Translations under genes and position numbers: made by a program | Part shown: positions 28,225-37,716 of the stretch, piece by piece | Numbering within the stretch: position 1 is the stretch's first letter | How the letters are laid out: each line of letters starts with the position of its first letter | The notes under the pieces: generated by a model | Seen by the model: the letters and a program-made list of their open reading frames with translations, nothing else | Told to the model about the DNA's origin: nothing | Database searches by the model: none | NCBI GenBank assembly: GCA_965223545.1 | Contig: OZ245006.1 | Location: 5,472,001 to 5,536,000 of the forward strand | Direction of reading: 5' to 3' | DNA: 64,000 bases | Origin: Planctomycetota bacterium | Lineage (GTDB): Bacteria > Planctomycetota > UBA1135 > UBA2386

Positions 28225-30417
28225 TCAAGTCGGCCGGTTGCCGCGCCGCCAGTCCTTGAAGCGCCCGTGCACCCGAAACCCCGCGCCGATCGCGCGCGAC
28301 GCAAGATCCGGCAATCCCGGCACCGAATGCGCGAACCGCGCAATCGCGTCCGCCAGTCGGTGGCGCATGCGCACGCCGCGCAGGTCTTTGACCACTTCGA
28401 CCGGCTGCTCGTAGTAGTCGGGTTTGCCGCCCCAGGCGCCGAGGATGGCGCCGATGCCCCAGCCGTGGATCAGTGTGGTCAGCAGCTGCTGATCGTCCTC
28501 GAAGTCGCCGGGCGGGAGGTGGCGCTCGACCAGGAGGCCCAAGAGCTGCAGGTGGTAGTCCCAGACGTGGGCATTGGTCATCGAGTCGGCGTGCGTGCGG
28601 TAGTCGTAGAGCACGCGCGGCACCGGTTGCACGCGCAGGCCGGCGCGCGCGCAGTCCATCCACATCGCCCAGTCCGAGTAGCAGTCGACGAGCGGGTCGT
28701 AGCGCAGGCCGTGCTCTTTGTACACCGCGGCGCGGAACATCGAGCCGGCGTCACCGGAGTCATTGCGGAAGAGGCACAGGCCTCGATCGAACGGCAGAGG
28801 ATTGACGATGACGTGCCGGTTCTGGATCTGGTCGTTGAAGATCTGGTAATGGGGCGTGATCGCGGCGATGTCGTCGAAGCGGGAGAACACCTCGAGGCCG
28901 GTGGCGGCGTACTCGGGGCGGGCGACGTTGTCGGCGTCCAGCCATAGGATGAAGTCGCCGGTGGCCAGCTCGATCGCTGCGTTGCGGGTGTGGGCGAGTC
29001 CCGTGTTCTCTTTGTGGTGCACCTCGACGCGCGGGTCGCGGCGTTGCATGTCGGCGACGATGTCTTGGGCGTCGTCGCGCGGCGAGCCGTCGTTGAGGAT
29101 CGCGATCTGCAGATCGCCGTGCGTCTGGGCGATGGCGGAGTCGATCGCTTGGCCGAGCACCGCCCGGCTCTCGCGGTAGTAGGGGACCAGCACCGAGACG
29201 CGCGCGCTGCCAAGGCGCGCGGCTCGCGGCCGGCGGGCGCGGCGGGTGTCGTCGATCAACCCCGCGACCCGGTCGGCGAAGTGAGAAGGAGAGGTCAGCG
29301 CGCGGATGCGCGCGGCGCCGGCGGCGGCGATGCGGTCGATGCCGGGCGCTGCGGCGGCGAGGTCCTTGCGCAGGGCCGTGACGATGGCCTGGCGGTCCCC
29401 GCCGTCGACCAGCAGCCCCGAGGTGCCGTGCTCGATCATCTCGGCGATGCCGCTGTCGCGACCACCGATCACGAGGCGGGCCGCGGCCAGCCCGTCCTGC
29501 GCGCACTGCGGCCAGCTGCGGCCGGTGGCGGGCAGCACGCAGACGTCGGCATTGCGCAGCCGCTCGCGCACCTCATCGCGTGTCGTGCTGACCGACAGCC
29601 GTACGTTGGCCGGCAGCTGCCGGCGGAGCCAGTCGGCGCAGCTGGTGCCGAGCGGGGAGCGGTCGCTATCGATGCCGGCGACGTCGAGCGACAGCTCTGG
29701 CAGCGCGTGGAAGGCGAGGATCAGCTCTTCGATCCCGCTGCTCGGCTCGAGCGAGCCGCAGAAGAACAGCGACAGCTCCGCCGCGTCGCGGCCCGGCGCG
29801 GGCGGTGTGGGTGCATCGCCCAGGCGCGCCGCCGGGTGGACCACGTGGGCGTGCGCCGACGCCGCGGGCTCGGGCGCCCCGCGCAGCGCGCGGGCCGAGG
29901 TCGCCAGCACGAGCTCGGCGTGCTGCAGCGTGTGCTCCTCCATCACGCACGTCTCGCGCAACGACGGCGTCAGCGCGTGACTGCGCCGGTTCTGTTGCAG
30001 GTCGGCGCGCGTCGTCGTGTGCAGCCGCACGCCGAGCACGGCGTCGCCGAAGGTCGAGAACAGTCGCTGCTCGAGCACGCTGCAGTAGCCGGTCGCTTCC
30101 CGGTCCTGGAACTCGATGTAGTCGAAGGGCGCCAGGTCGCGCAAGCTCGCGCACGCCAGCGCGGAGAACCACGAGGCGCCGCGCGCCAAGCCGAAGCGAA
30201 ACGCCTTCGGGTCACGGGACACGTCCTCGACGTAGTGAATGCGCGCAAACGCCTCCGTCCGCACCAGCCGCTCGCGATCCTCCGCTCGAGGCGCGTGCGT
30301 CAGCAGGCTGACGTCGTGACCCGCGACGCGCCACGCGGCGGCCGCTTCCACGACCTGGGTGCCGAGGTCGCCGTGCGGCTCGGTGGCGACGGCGGTGTTG
30401 ACCAGGCAGATCTTCAA
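28225..30417 (-). CDS. Bifunctional glycosyltransferase (GT4-like N-terminus plus GT2 C-terminus)
   Basis: Starts MKICLVN at TTG 30417, overlapping the upstream TGA. GT-B half has FCGSLEPSSG and ADVCVLP; GT2 half has VSVLVPYY, LNDGS, NTGLAHTRN and WLDADN. Confidence 0.88.
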   Translation of the reverse strand: MKICLVNTAVATEPHGDLGTQVVEAAAAWRVAGHDVSLLTHAPRAEDRERLVRTEAFARIHYVEDVSRDPKAFRFGLARGASWFSALACASLRDLAPFDYIEFQDREATGYCSVLEQRLFSTFGDAVLGVRLHTTTRADLQQNRRSHALTPSLRETCVMEEHTLQHAELVLATSARALRGAPEPAASAHAHVVHPAARLGDAPTPPAPGRDAAELSLFFCGSLEPSSGIEELILAFHALPELSLDVAGIDSDRSPLGTSCADWLRRQLPANVRLSVSTTRDEVRERLRNADVCVLPATGRSWPQCAQDGLAAARLVIGGRDSGIAEMIEHGTSGLLVDGGDRQAIVTALRKDLAAAAPGIDRIAAAGAARIRALTSPSHFADRVAGLIDDTRRARRPRAARLGSARVSVLVPYYRESRAVLGQAIDSAIAQTHGDLQIAILNDGSPRDDAQDIVADMQRRDPRVEVHHKENTGLAHTRNAAIELATGDFILWLDADNVARPEYAATGLEVFSRFDDIAAITPHYQIFNDQIQNRHVIVNPLPFDRGLCLFRNDSGDAGSMFRAAVYKEHGLRYDPLVDCYSDWAMWMDCARAGLRVQPVPRVLYDYRTHADSMTNAHVWDYHLQLLGLLVERHLPPGDFEDDQQLLTTLIHGWGIGAILGAWGGKPDYYEQPVEVVKDLRGVRMRHRLADAIARFAHSVPGLPDLASRAIGAGFRVHGRFKDWRRGNRPT

Positions 30418-31190
30418 GGCTGCTCCGCGGCAACGAAGACGCCGTCGGCCGACCATTCGCGGAACCAGCGGCCAGCGTCGACACCTTCGTCCTCGGCCAG
30501 CTGGACCGCGTCGCCGAACGCCGTGCCCGCAATCAGCGCCCCCAGCAGCCGCCCGACGGCGCCGTTGGTCGAGGTGCGCCAGACGCGGCCTTCCTTGCGG
30601 TTGACCAGGACCCAGCTCGGCTCGGCGGGCGGGATCGTCGGCTCGTCGCCGTCGAAGAATGCCTGCAAGTAGCGGTTGGTCGGGTGCCGGAACTCCAGCA
30701 CGCGGACCGACGGGTTGGTGCGCAGCACGATTTGGGCCCACTCGTCGGGGCCGAGGTGCGCCAGCGTGGTCGCGTCGAGCGGCGTGAATTCGGGTGCGTC
30801 GAACGACTCCTGCACCGTCCATTGCAGGCGCGCGAGCTCGACGAGAAAGCCGCGGCGCTCGAGGTCGGGCTGGGCGTCGACGAACGCCGGCAGGTCGCGG
30901 CCGAAGACGTTGAGGCTCGGTCCGCGGCTCGGGTGGTTGGCGACGTAGTCGCGGGCGAGACGGTCCCAGCGTTCGTCCCCGAGGGCAAACGCGACGGCGT
31001 CGTAGTCGGCCAGCAAGACCTCGATCAGGCGGGAGGCATAGGCGCAGCGATACACGTCGAGGCGCTCGGCCGGTGTTTGCTTCGGCGAGGGCCGCACGAC
31101 CTGTGACGCTACGGGCGCCGTTGGATCGGCCGAGTCGCGGATCACGCTCGACATCCAGCGCTGCAGCGTCGTCAGGTCAGGTCTTGGCAT
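30414..31190 (-). CDS. DUF2063 / BufC(HvfC)-like MNIO partner protein
   Basis: LQRWM..., ERLDVYR.AY.SRL.E.L..DY.AV...LG, YV..HPS...SLN.FG..LP.F and LVELARLQW; lies immediately after DUF692. Confidence 0.88.
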   Translation of the reverse strand: MPRPDLTTLQRWMSSVIRDSADPTAPVASQVVRPSPKQTPAERLDVYRCAYASRLIEVLLADYDAVAFALGDERWDRLARDYVANHPSRGPSLNVFGRDLPAFVDAQPDLERRGFLVELARLQWTVQESFDAPEFTPLDATTLAHLGPDEWAQIVLRTNPSVRVLEFRHPTNRYLQAFFDGDEPTIPPAEPSWVLVNRKEGRVWRTSTNGAVGRLLGALIAGTAFGDAVQLAEDEGVDAGRWFREWSADGVFVAAEQP

Positions 31191-32026
31191 TCCTTCGCCC
31201 CGCTCTCGTCGCGGTGCGCGTGCGCCTTCCACGCCTCGGCGCGCACCTCTTCGAAAGAAGGGATCCTAGCATCCCACTCGAGCAGCGTGGAGCGGCCGCC
31301 GCTCGCGCGATGGGCGGAAGCGTACAGCTCCCACACCGCATCGCAAACACGATCGTCGTGGGTATCGAGCAGATGCGTCTCGAACCGCGTGTGCCCGGCC
31401 AGGTGGAAGTAGACCACGCGTTCCCACGGCACGCCTTCGAGATAGGCGTGGGCGTCCCAACCGTGGTTTTGGCAGGACACGTAGACGTTGTTGAGGTCGA
31501 GCAGCAGGCCGCAGCCGGATTGTCGAGACAGCTCCTCGAGGAACTCCCACTCGGTCAGATCGGCATCATTAAACTCGACATAGGTGCTCGGATTTTCGAG
31601 GATCAGCGGTGCCTGCAAGGCATCTTGCACTTGTTGCACGCGCGGCACCAGGTGGCGCAGGGCCTCCCCGGTATAGGGGACCGGCAGCAGGTCGTGCAGG
31701 TTGACGCCGTCGACGCCGGTCCAGCACAGGTGGTCGGAGACCACGCGTGCGCCGCACCGGTCGCGCAGCGCCACCAGATCGCGGAGGTAGTCGCGGTCCA
31801 GGGGGTCGGCCGAGCCGATGTTGAGGGAGACCCCGTGCATCACCACGGGGTAGCGTTCGGCGATGCGGTCGAGCACTTGCACCGGGCGTCCGCCGGTGCG
31901 CATGAAGTTCTCCGACAGGATCTCGAACCAGTCGAGCTCCGGCCAGTGTTCGGTGATGTGGGCGAAATGCGCGGTCCGCAGCCCGATCCCGACGCCCATG
32001 TCGTCGCGCGTCAGGTCGGCGAGCAT
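31172..32026 (-). CDS. bufB: DUF692 multinuclear non-heme iron oxidative enzyme (MNIO; bufferin maturase-like)
   Basis: GVGIGLR..H, WFEILSENFM, HGVSLNIGS, SDHLCW, HDLLPVPY, ENPSTY, LLDLNNVYV, HLAGH, DTHD and LEWD. Confidence 0.95.
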   Translation of the reverse strand: MLADLTRDDMGVGIGLRTAHFAHITEHWPELDWFEILSENFMRTGGRPVQVLDRIAERYPVVMHGVSLNIGSADPLDRDYLRDLVALRDRCGARVVSDHLCWTGVDGVNLHDLLPVPYTGEALRHLVPRVQQVQDALQAPLILENPSTYVEFNDADLTEWEFLEELSRQSGCGLLLDLNNVYVSCQNHGWDAHAYLEGVPWERVVYFHLAGHTRFETHLLDTHDDRVCDAVWELYASAHRASGGRSTLLEWDARIPSFEEVRAEAWKAHAHRDESGAKECQDLT

Positions 32027-32042
32027 GGCAGGCCCCGAACGA

Positions 32043-32402
32043 TCAGTTGGGGACCTTGCAGCCGCCCATGCCCTGGCACGCGTTCTGGCCCTTGCAGGCG
32101 TTGCGCTCGGTCTTGCATCCGCCCTGGCCGCGGCAGTCGTTCTGGCCCTTGCACGCGTGCTCGACGGTCGCACAGCCGCCGTTGCCGCGGCAGTCGTTCA
32201 TGCCCTTGCAGGCGTGCTTGCCCTCGACCGCGCAGCCGCCTTGGCCGCGGCAGGAGTTGAGCCCCTTGCAGGCGTGCTTTTCCAGCATCGAGGCTTCGGC
32301 ACTGGGCTGTGAGGTCGCCGGATCGCTGGCGCAGCCGGTGGTCGAGCCCAGGAGGAGGCCGCTGACCGCGGCGGCGAGGAGTGAGGAGGTCGTCTTGTTC
32401 AT
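32043..32402 (-). CDS. Exported Cys-rich RiPP precursor (BufA2-like bufferin metallophore precursor)
   Basis: Signal or lipoprotein-like leader (LLLGSTTGC), then four repeats of (H/N)ACKGxNxC(R/Q)GxGGC; first gene of the DUF692 operon. Confidence 0.88.
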   Translation of the reverse strand: MNKTTSSLLAAAVSGLLLGSTTGCASDPATSQPSAEASMLEKHACKGLNSCRGQGGCAVEGKHACKGMNDCRGNGGCATVEHACKGQNDCRGQGGCKTERNACKGQNACQGMGGCKVPN

Positions 32403-32671
32403 CGAGCGGTTCCAAAGAGACAAGGGTCACGACGGGCTGCCCGAGGCAGCCCGTTGTGCTGCCGCTGGTTACGATAGGTGCTGCGGGCCGGTCCACGCAT
32501 CCGGAATTCCGCCGAACTGCCAATGGCGCGGGCGTTACGGCGCACGCCCGTTCTGCCAGGTCGCCATCGCCGGTTTGCGGCACGGGATGCCACCCCCGCA
32601 ACGATGCACCGTATACTGGGGGTGTCGGGGAGCCGAGATCGCGGGTCCCCAACCCCACACACCACTGGGCC

Positions 32672-35104
32672 ATGGCAACCGTATCCAACTGCGCGCGCGA
32701 CGCGGCGATCGCGCTCTCGCTCCTGCTGACCGCTTGCTCCGGCGACGGCCGCACCGCGGCCACCGCGCCGCGGACCGAGGTCGCCATCGCCAGCAGCCGG
32801 CTGGCTCCCGGCGCCGGCGACGCCTTGGTGCCGGCGCTGTTGAGTTCGGCAGGGGTGGCGCTGTCCCACGCCGGTCGGCCGCCGTTTCGCATGGCGGACG
32901 GGATGCTGGCCGCCGAGCTGACCGAGCGCGCGGTGGCGCACCTCGAGGCGAGCGCACTCGCCGCCGGCGGGGCCGGGCTCGAGGGCTCGGACTTGATCCG
33001 ACGGTTGGCCGCGGCCACGAGCGCGCCGCCCGACCGCAACGGCAATGGCACCAACCTCGACGAGACGTTGGCGGATTCCGTCGACAAGCTGGCCCAGGCG
33101 GTGGCGATGCCGGCGCCCAGGGCGCGGCAGGTCGGTCTGCCCGCGGCGGTGACCGACGCCGACTACCTCGCTTCGGTCGCCGCGGTCGGGCGCCGCGACT
33201 ACCACCGCCAGGCGGTGCGGCCGTCCGGCGATCGCACGGTCGATGCGCGCCAGCTGGCGCACGCCATGCAGGCGCGGCTGATCTTGGCCCAGGCCGTGCT
33301 GCGCAACGGCACCGGTCCACTGGCGGCATCGGGAGATCCGCGGGGGCTCGTCGCGCTGTTGGCGCTGCAGCAAGCCCTGGCCATGGAGACCACGGCGCTG
33401 GACAGTCTGTTCTACGACGGCCTGGCGATGGGGCGGATCGATCCGCGCACCTACGACCCGAGCGTTGAGCCACAATGGCTGCCGCGCCGGTTCCGCTACA
33501 CCGACGAGCCCGGTCTGCCCGGCGTGCCGGACGCGTACTTGGTGGTGGATCGCGCCAGCGACCTCGCCGCGCTCGGTGGCCTGCTGCATGCGGCGTCCGA
33601 GCTGGCGTGGATGGTGTCGCCGCGCAGCCCGCACCGCGCGCTTGCGGCGCTCATCGCGGGGCCGCTGTACGAGCTGCCGGTCAGCGGTGGGCCGATCGGT
33701 CCGCCGCCGCCCAACTGGGACGACGACATCGGGCCCCTCACGCGGTTCTGGTGCTGGGGCTGCCACTTCGATCCCGTCGAGTTCGCGTTCGCCAACTTCA
33801 GCGTCGAGGACTACGAGGCGACGCTGAGAGGTGGCCGCAACAACACGATGTTCCCCGCGGTCGTGCCCGGCGATCACCGCGCCAGCTTGATGTGGCAAGT
33901 GCTGGTCGGACCGACGTCGGTGTCGGCGCAGATGCCCAAGAGCACGGCGGTGCCGCCGGTGACCCTCGACCAGGAGGACATCGACATGGTGGCGGCGTGG
34001 ATCGACGCCGGCGCGCCCGAGAAGGCGCCGCCGCCGGTGCAGGGGCCGCAGCAGGGGCTCGACTTGGCGCGTGTGCTGCTCGCCAACCTCGAAGCGCTGC
34101 ACCTCGATGCCAGCGGCGCGATGCACCACCGGCACGAGGGCGACGCGGCCAGCGGGTTTGCCGAGCCGGGTCCGACCGGGGCGGTGCTGCGCGCATTGGT
34201 GGCGTTCTTGGCGGTGGAGCCCGGCGATCCGTCGGCGTCCGCGCTCTTGCGCGCGGCGGCGGACTATGCCTCGAGCGTCCTGGTCGACGCCGACGGCTGG
34301 ATGCCGGAGGTCGTGCGGGTCGACGCGCGGGCGCGCTCCGGAGTGGCGGGGTTGTCGGCGCACGCCCAGCTGACGGCGGGTCTGCTGGCGGCGGGGCGCA
34401 CCGGCCATGCCGCCGCTCGCGATGCCGGTCGCCGCGCCGTGGCCGTCTTGTTGGATGAGTTTTGGGACGATGCGGCGGAGCGCTTCAGCGAGACACCTGG
34501 CGGTGCCGGCGTGATCTATGACCCCGACCTGCTGGCCGCGCTGCTGGCGGCGCTGCGCGAGGCGGCGGCCGATGGCGAGGTCCGCGCCGGCACCATCCAC
34601 GATCGCCTGCTGCGGCGGTTGCGCCCGCATCTCGTGTTTTCGGAGTGGGGCGCGCGCGGCGAGGTGATCGGCGACGGCATCGCCGACACCGACGGAAACG
34701 GCGTGCCGGAGCCCGCGCTGGCTGGCGGGACGCACGGCCGGGCGCCGATGTTCGCCGGTGAGATCCGCGACGGTGTCCCCGCACCCGCGATCTCGGCCGC
34801 GATCACTTGGTCCGAGCACATTCAGCCGCTGTTCCGGCAGAAGTGCGCGCAGTGCCATCTCGATGGGGCACAACGCGGAGCCTATCGGCTGGACTCGCCG
34901 GCCCTGCTGCGCGTGCCCGGCGAGTCGGGCGGGCAGTGGCCACTGGTCGTCGCGGGCGACCCCGAGGCCTCGCTGCTGTATCGCAAGCTGGTGGATCGCA
35001 ACCCGGCCGTCGGCGTGCAGATGCCCGAGGCGCAGCCGCCGCTGTCGCCCGCCGCCAAGGAGCTGGTGCGGCAGTGGATCCTGCAGGGCGCGGAGGGCCG
35101 CTGA
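32672..35104 (+). CDS. Lipoprotein with two planctomycete-type c-type cytochrome domains
   Basis: Lipobox LLTAC; CWGCH followed by VVPGD...SLM...QMP...WIDAGA; C-terminal CAQCH followed by VVAGDPEASLLY...QMP...WILQGA. Confidence 0.8.
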   Translation: MATVSNCARDAAIALSLLLTACSGDGRTAATAPRTEVAIASSRLAPGAGDALVPALLSSAGVALSHAGRPPFRMADGMLAAELTERAVAHLEASALAAGGAGLEGSDLIRRLAAATSAPPDRNGNGTNLDETLADSVDKLAQAVAMPAPRARQVGLPAAVTDADYLASVAAVGRRDYHRQAVRPSGDRTVDARQLAHAMQARLILAQAVLRNGTGPLAASGDPRGLVALLALQQALAMETTALDSLFYDGLAMGRIDPRTYDPSVEPQWLPRRFRYTDEPGLPGVPDAYLVVDRASDLAALGGLLHAASELAWMVSPRSPHRALAALIAGPLYELPVSGGPIGPPPPNWDDDIGPLTRFWCWGCHFDPVEFAFANFSVEDYEATLRGGRNNTMFPAVVPGDHRASLMWQVLVGPTSVSAQMPKSTAVPPVTLDQEDIDMVAAWIDAGAPEKAPPPVQGPQQGLDLARVLLANLEALHLDASGAMHHRHEGDAASGFAEPGPTGAVLRALVAFLAVEPGDPSASALLRAAADYASSVLVDADGWMPEVVRVDARARSGVAGLSAHAQLTAGLLAAGRTGHAAARDAGRRAVAVLLDEFWDDAAERFSETPGGAGVIYDPDLLAALLAALREAAADGEVRAGTIHDRLLRRLRPHLVFSEWGARGEVIGDGIADTDGNGVPEPALAGGTHGRAPMFAGEIRDGVPAPAISAAITWSEHIQPLFRQKCAQCHLDGAQRGAYRLDSPALLRVPGESGGQWPLVVAGDPEASLLYRKLVDRNPAVGVQMPEAQPPLSPAAKELVRQWILQGAEGR

Positions 35105-35176
35105 GGGATCTTGCCGGGAGCGGAGGACCGCTGAGTCGACGCGGCGGTCCCGTCACCGCTACCATCCGCCTCGCCC

Positions 35177-36043
35177 ATGAAGATTCGCGACATGTTCGGC
35201 GCGGGGGCGCCCGTGGTCTCGTTCGAGTTCTTTCCACCCAAGACCGACGAGGGCACCGAGACGCTGTTCCGCACGGTGGCCGCGCTGCGCGCCTGCCGGC
35301 CGTCGTACGTCTCGGTGACCTATGGCGCCGGGGGCAGCACACGCGACCGCACCCTCGACCTGGTCGGGCGCATCAAGCGCGAGCTGTCGATCGAGGCGAT
35401 GGCGCACCTCACCTGCGTCGGTTCGAGCCGCGATGAGATCCGCGAGATCCTGGTCCGGCTGCGGGACGCGGGCATCGAGAACGTGCTGGCGCTGCGCGGC
35501 GATCCGCCGGCGGGCGAGACCGAGTTTCGCCGGCCGAAAGACGGCTTCGGCTACGCCAGCGAGCTGGTGGCGTTCATCCGCGATGAGGGCTTCGACTTCT
35601 GCGTCGGCGCGGCCTGCTACCCCGAGGGGCACGTCGAGTGCCGGGACCTCGACCGCGACCTACGGCACCTCAACGAGAAGGTCGCCGCGGGCGTCGACTT
35701 CCTGATCACCCAGCTGTTCTTCGACAACGAGGACTATCGCGCGTTCGAGCGCCGCGCGCGCGGCGCCGGCATCGACTTGCCGATCGTGCCGGGTCTGATG
35801 CCGATCACCAACGTCGCCCAGGTGGAGCGCTTCACGAAGATGTGCGGCTCGCGGATTCCCGCAGAGCTGCACCGCCGGCTCAAGGTGGTCGAGGAGGACG
35901 GCTCGGCGGTGGTGGCGACCGGCGCGCTGTGGACCGAGTCCCAGGCCCGTGCCCTGCTGAGCGACGGGGCGCCCGGGATCCATTTTTACACGCTCAACAA
36001 ATCCTCTGCGACGATGGCGATTCATGCGTCGCTGGGGCTCTGA
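35177..36043 (+). CDS. metF: 5,10-methylenetetrahydrofolate reductase
   Basis: SFEFFPPKT, VSVTYGAGGSTR, AHLTCVG, LALRGDPP, ACYPEGH, ITQLFFD and GIHFYTLN. Confidence 0.97.
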   Translation: MKIRDMFGAGAPVVSFEFFPPKTDEGTETLFRTVAALRACRPSYVSVTYGAGGSTRDRTLDLVGRIKRELSIEAMAHLTCVGSSRDEIREILVRLRDAGIENVLALRGDPPAGETEFRRPKDGFGYASELVAFIRDEGFDFCVGAACYPEGHVECRDLDRDLRHLNEKVAAGVDFLITQLFFDNEDYRAFERRARGAGIDLPIVPGLMPITNVAQVERFTKMCGSRIPAELHRRLKVVEEDGSAVVATGALWTESQARALLSDGAPGIHFYTLNKSSATMAIHASLGL

Positions 36044-36123
36044 AAGTACGGATCCAGGCTCCCGCGCATCACATCGGTGAACGTACGGAGCCTGGATCCG
36101 TACTTTCGTGGATCCGTACGTTC
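36042..36123. repeat. 21-bp perfect inverted repeat (REP-like doublet) plus a third partial arm
   Basis: GAAAGTACGGATCCAGGCTCC (36042-36062) is the exact reverse complement of 36087-36107; TCCGTACGTTC (36113-36123) also pairs with 36079-36089. Confidence 0.9.
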
Positions 36124-36246
36124 GGTGATTCCCCGGGGATGTGCCCGGGCCGGTTTGCCGGCATAGTGCATGCCCGAACCGCCTGCCCCGGCGGCTGGCG
36201 TCCGGTGTCCCCCGGGCGCGGCTGCGTGAACATCACGCAACTTCCC

Positions 36247-37656
36247 ATGCATCTCAAATGCCTCTCGATCGCCGCGGGCACTGCGGCGGCTCTCGTCTTT
36301 TCCTCCCAGGCCGCGGGCCAGACGTCGCGCAACGTGACGCTGGTCGGTCAGTTCAATCCGACCCGCAGCTACTCGGACATCTGGGGCTATCTCGCTCCCA
36401 ACGGCAAGGAGTACGCGCTGCTGGCGGCGACCAACGGCACCTACGTCGTCGATTGCTCCGACCCTGCCAATCCCGTGCAGCGCGGCTTCTTCAGTGGCTC
36501 CAGCACGTGCTGCCGCGACATCCGCACCTATGGCACCTACGCCTACGTCGTCAATGAGGGCGGCGGCGGGCTGCAGGTCATCGACCTGACCGATCCCGAC
36601 GCGCCCACGCTGGCGACGACGGTGCGCACGAGTGCCCTGAACACTGCGCACAACGTGTCCGTCGACGTGCAGAACGGCATCATGTACGTGCCGGGGGCCA
36701 ACGGCGGAATGCCGATCCTGGACCTGACCGATCCCGCCAATCCCGCGCAGATCAGCGTCAAGGGCGGCAGCTACGTGCACGACATGCAGGCGCAGGACGG
36801 CTACGCCTACGTCGCCGAGATCTTCAACAGCCGGTTGGCGATCTGGGACTTGAGCAGCGGTCCGAGCGGCTCGCGCATCGGCAGTGTCTCGATCAGCACC
36901 GCGCACAACGCGTGGCCGAGCCGGGACAATCAAGTCCTGGCGGTCACCAGCGAGGTGAGCGGCGGGCGGATGACGTTCGTCGACATCGCCAACAAGCGCC
37001 TGCCCCGGTCGGTGTCGACCTGGCGCACGGGCGGCAGCGGCGCGATCCCGCACAACGCGTTCATGCGCGATCGCGTGTGCCACGTTTCGTACTACTCCGA
37101 GGGCTATCGCTCGCTCGACCTCACCGACCCTGCCAGCCCGCGCGAGGTCGCGTACTACGACGCCTCGCGCTCGACCAGCGGCTACTCCGGAGCCTGGGGC
37201 TGCTACCCGTTCCAGCCGTCGGGCCTGATCTACGTGAGTGACATGAGCCAGGGACTGCTCGTCCTGCGCTCGGCGTCGGCACACGAGCGCTACGGCGCGG
37301 CGACGGCGGGGGCCGGCGGGGCACCGACCGCGCACACCTTCGGCGCCGCCTACCACGGCAACGCCCGCTTCAAGCTGCAGCTCGAAGACGCGGCCCCCGG
37401 TGCCGCCGCGCTGCTGCTGGTCGGCGCCGCCCGCGGTGTGACGCCGGTCAGCGGTGCCACGGTTCTGATCGACGTCACCCAACCGGCAGCCGTGGTGAGC
37501 ACGACGACCGATGCCACCGGTGCCGCCGAGGTGGCGATCCCGGTGTTGCCGGGGCCGACCGGCACGGTGCACTGCCAGTGGCTGGTGTCCGACGCGGGCG
37601 CGCCGGGCGGAATCGCCGCGACGCGTGGCCTTTCGGTGGCGGTGTTCGCGCCCTGA
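36247..37656 (+). CDS. Secreted LVIVD-repeat / choice-of-anchor B-like protein with conserved C-terminal domain
   Basis: YSDIWGY...KEYALL, RDIRTY..YAYVV, GLQVIDL, AHN repeats, SYY.EG and GAWGCYPF.PSG.I.VSD...GL. Confidence 0.85.
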   Translation: MHLKCLSIAAGTAAALVFSSQAAGQTSRNVTLVGQFNPTRSYSDIWGYLAPNGKEYALLAATNGTYVVDCSDPANPVQRGFFSGSSTCCRDIRTYGTYAYVVNEGGGGLQVIDLTDPDAPTLATTVRTSALNTAHNVSVDVQNGIMYVPGANGGMPILDLTDPANPAQISVKGGSYVHDMQAQDGYAYVAEIFNSRLAIWDLSSGPSGSRIGSVSISTAHNAWPSRDNQVLAVTSEVSGGRMTFVDIANKRLPRSVSTWRTGGSGAIPHNAFMRDRVCHVSYYSEGYRSLDLTDPASPREVAYYDASRSTSGYSGAWGCYPFQPSGLIYVSDMSQGLLVLRSASAHERYGAATAGAGGAPTAHTFGAAYHGNARFKLQLEDAAPGAAALLLVGAARGVTPVSGATVLIDVTQPAAVVSTTTDATGAAEVAIPVLPGPTGTVHCQWLVSDAGAPGGIAATRGLSVAVFAP

Positions 37657-37716
37657 CCGTCGCGTTCGGGGGGCGTGCGCGGCTACCGTGTCGTGGTGCC
37701 GCGCTCTCCCGACCCG

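Noticed and set aside
32056..32282. Regularly spaced ~57-60-bp nucleotide repeats resembling a CRISPR array
   Set aside because: They are in-frame coding repeats of the Cys-rich precursor; there are no unique spacers and no cas genes.
35105..35176. Possible SAM/SAH riboswitch upstream of metF (hairpin GGACCGC...GCGGTCC)
   Set aside because: Only 72 bp, lacking recognisable SAM or SAH consensus elements, and a -10-like box lies downstream of the hairpin.
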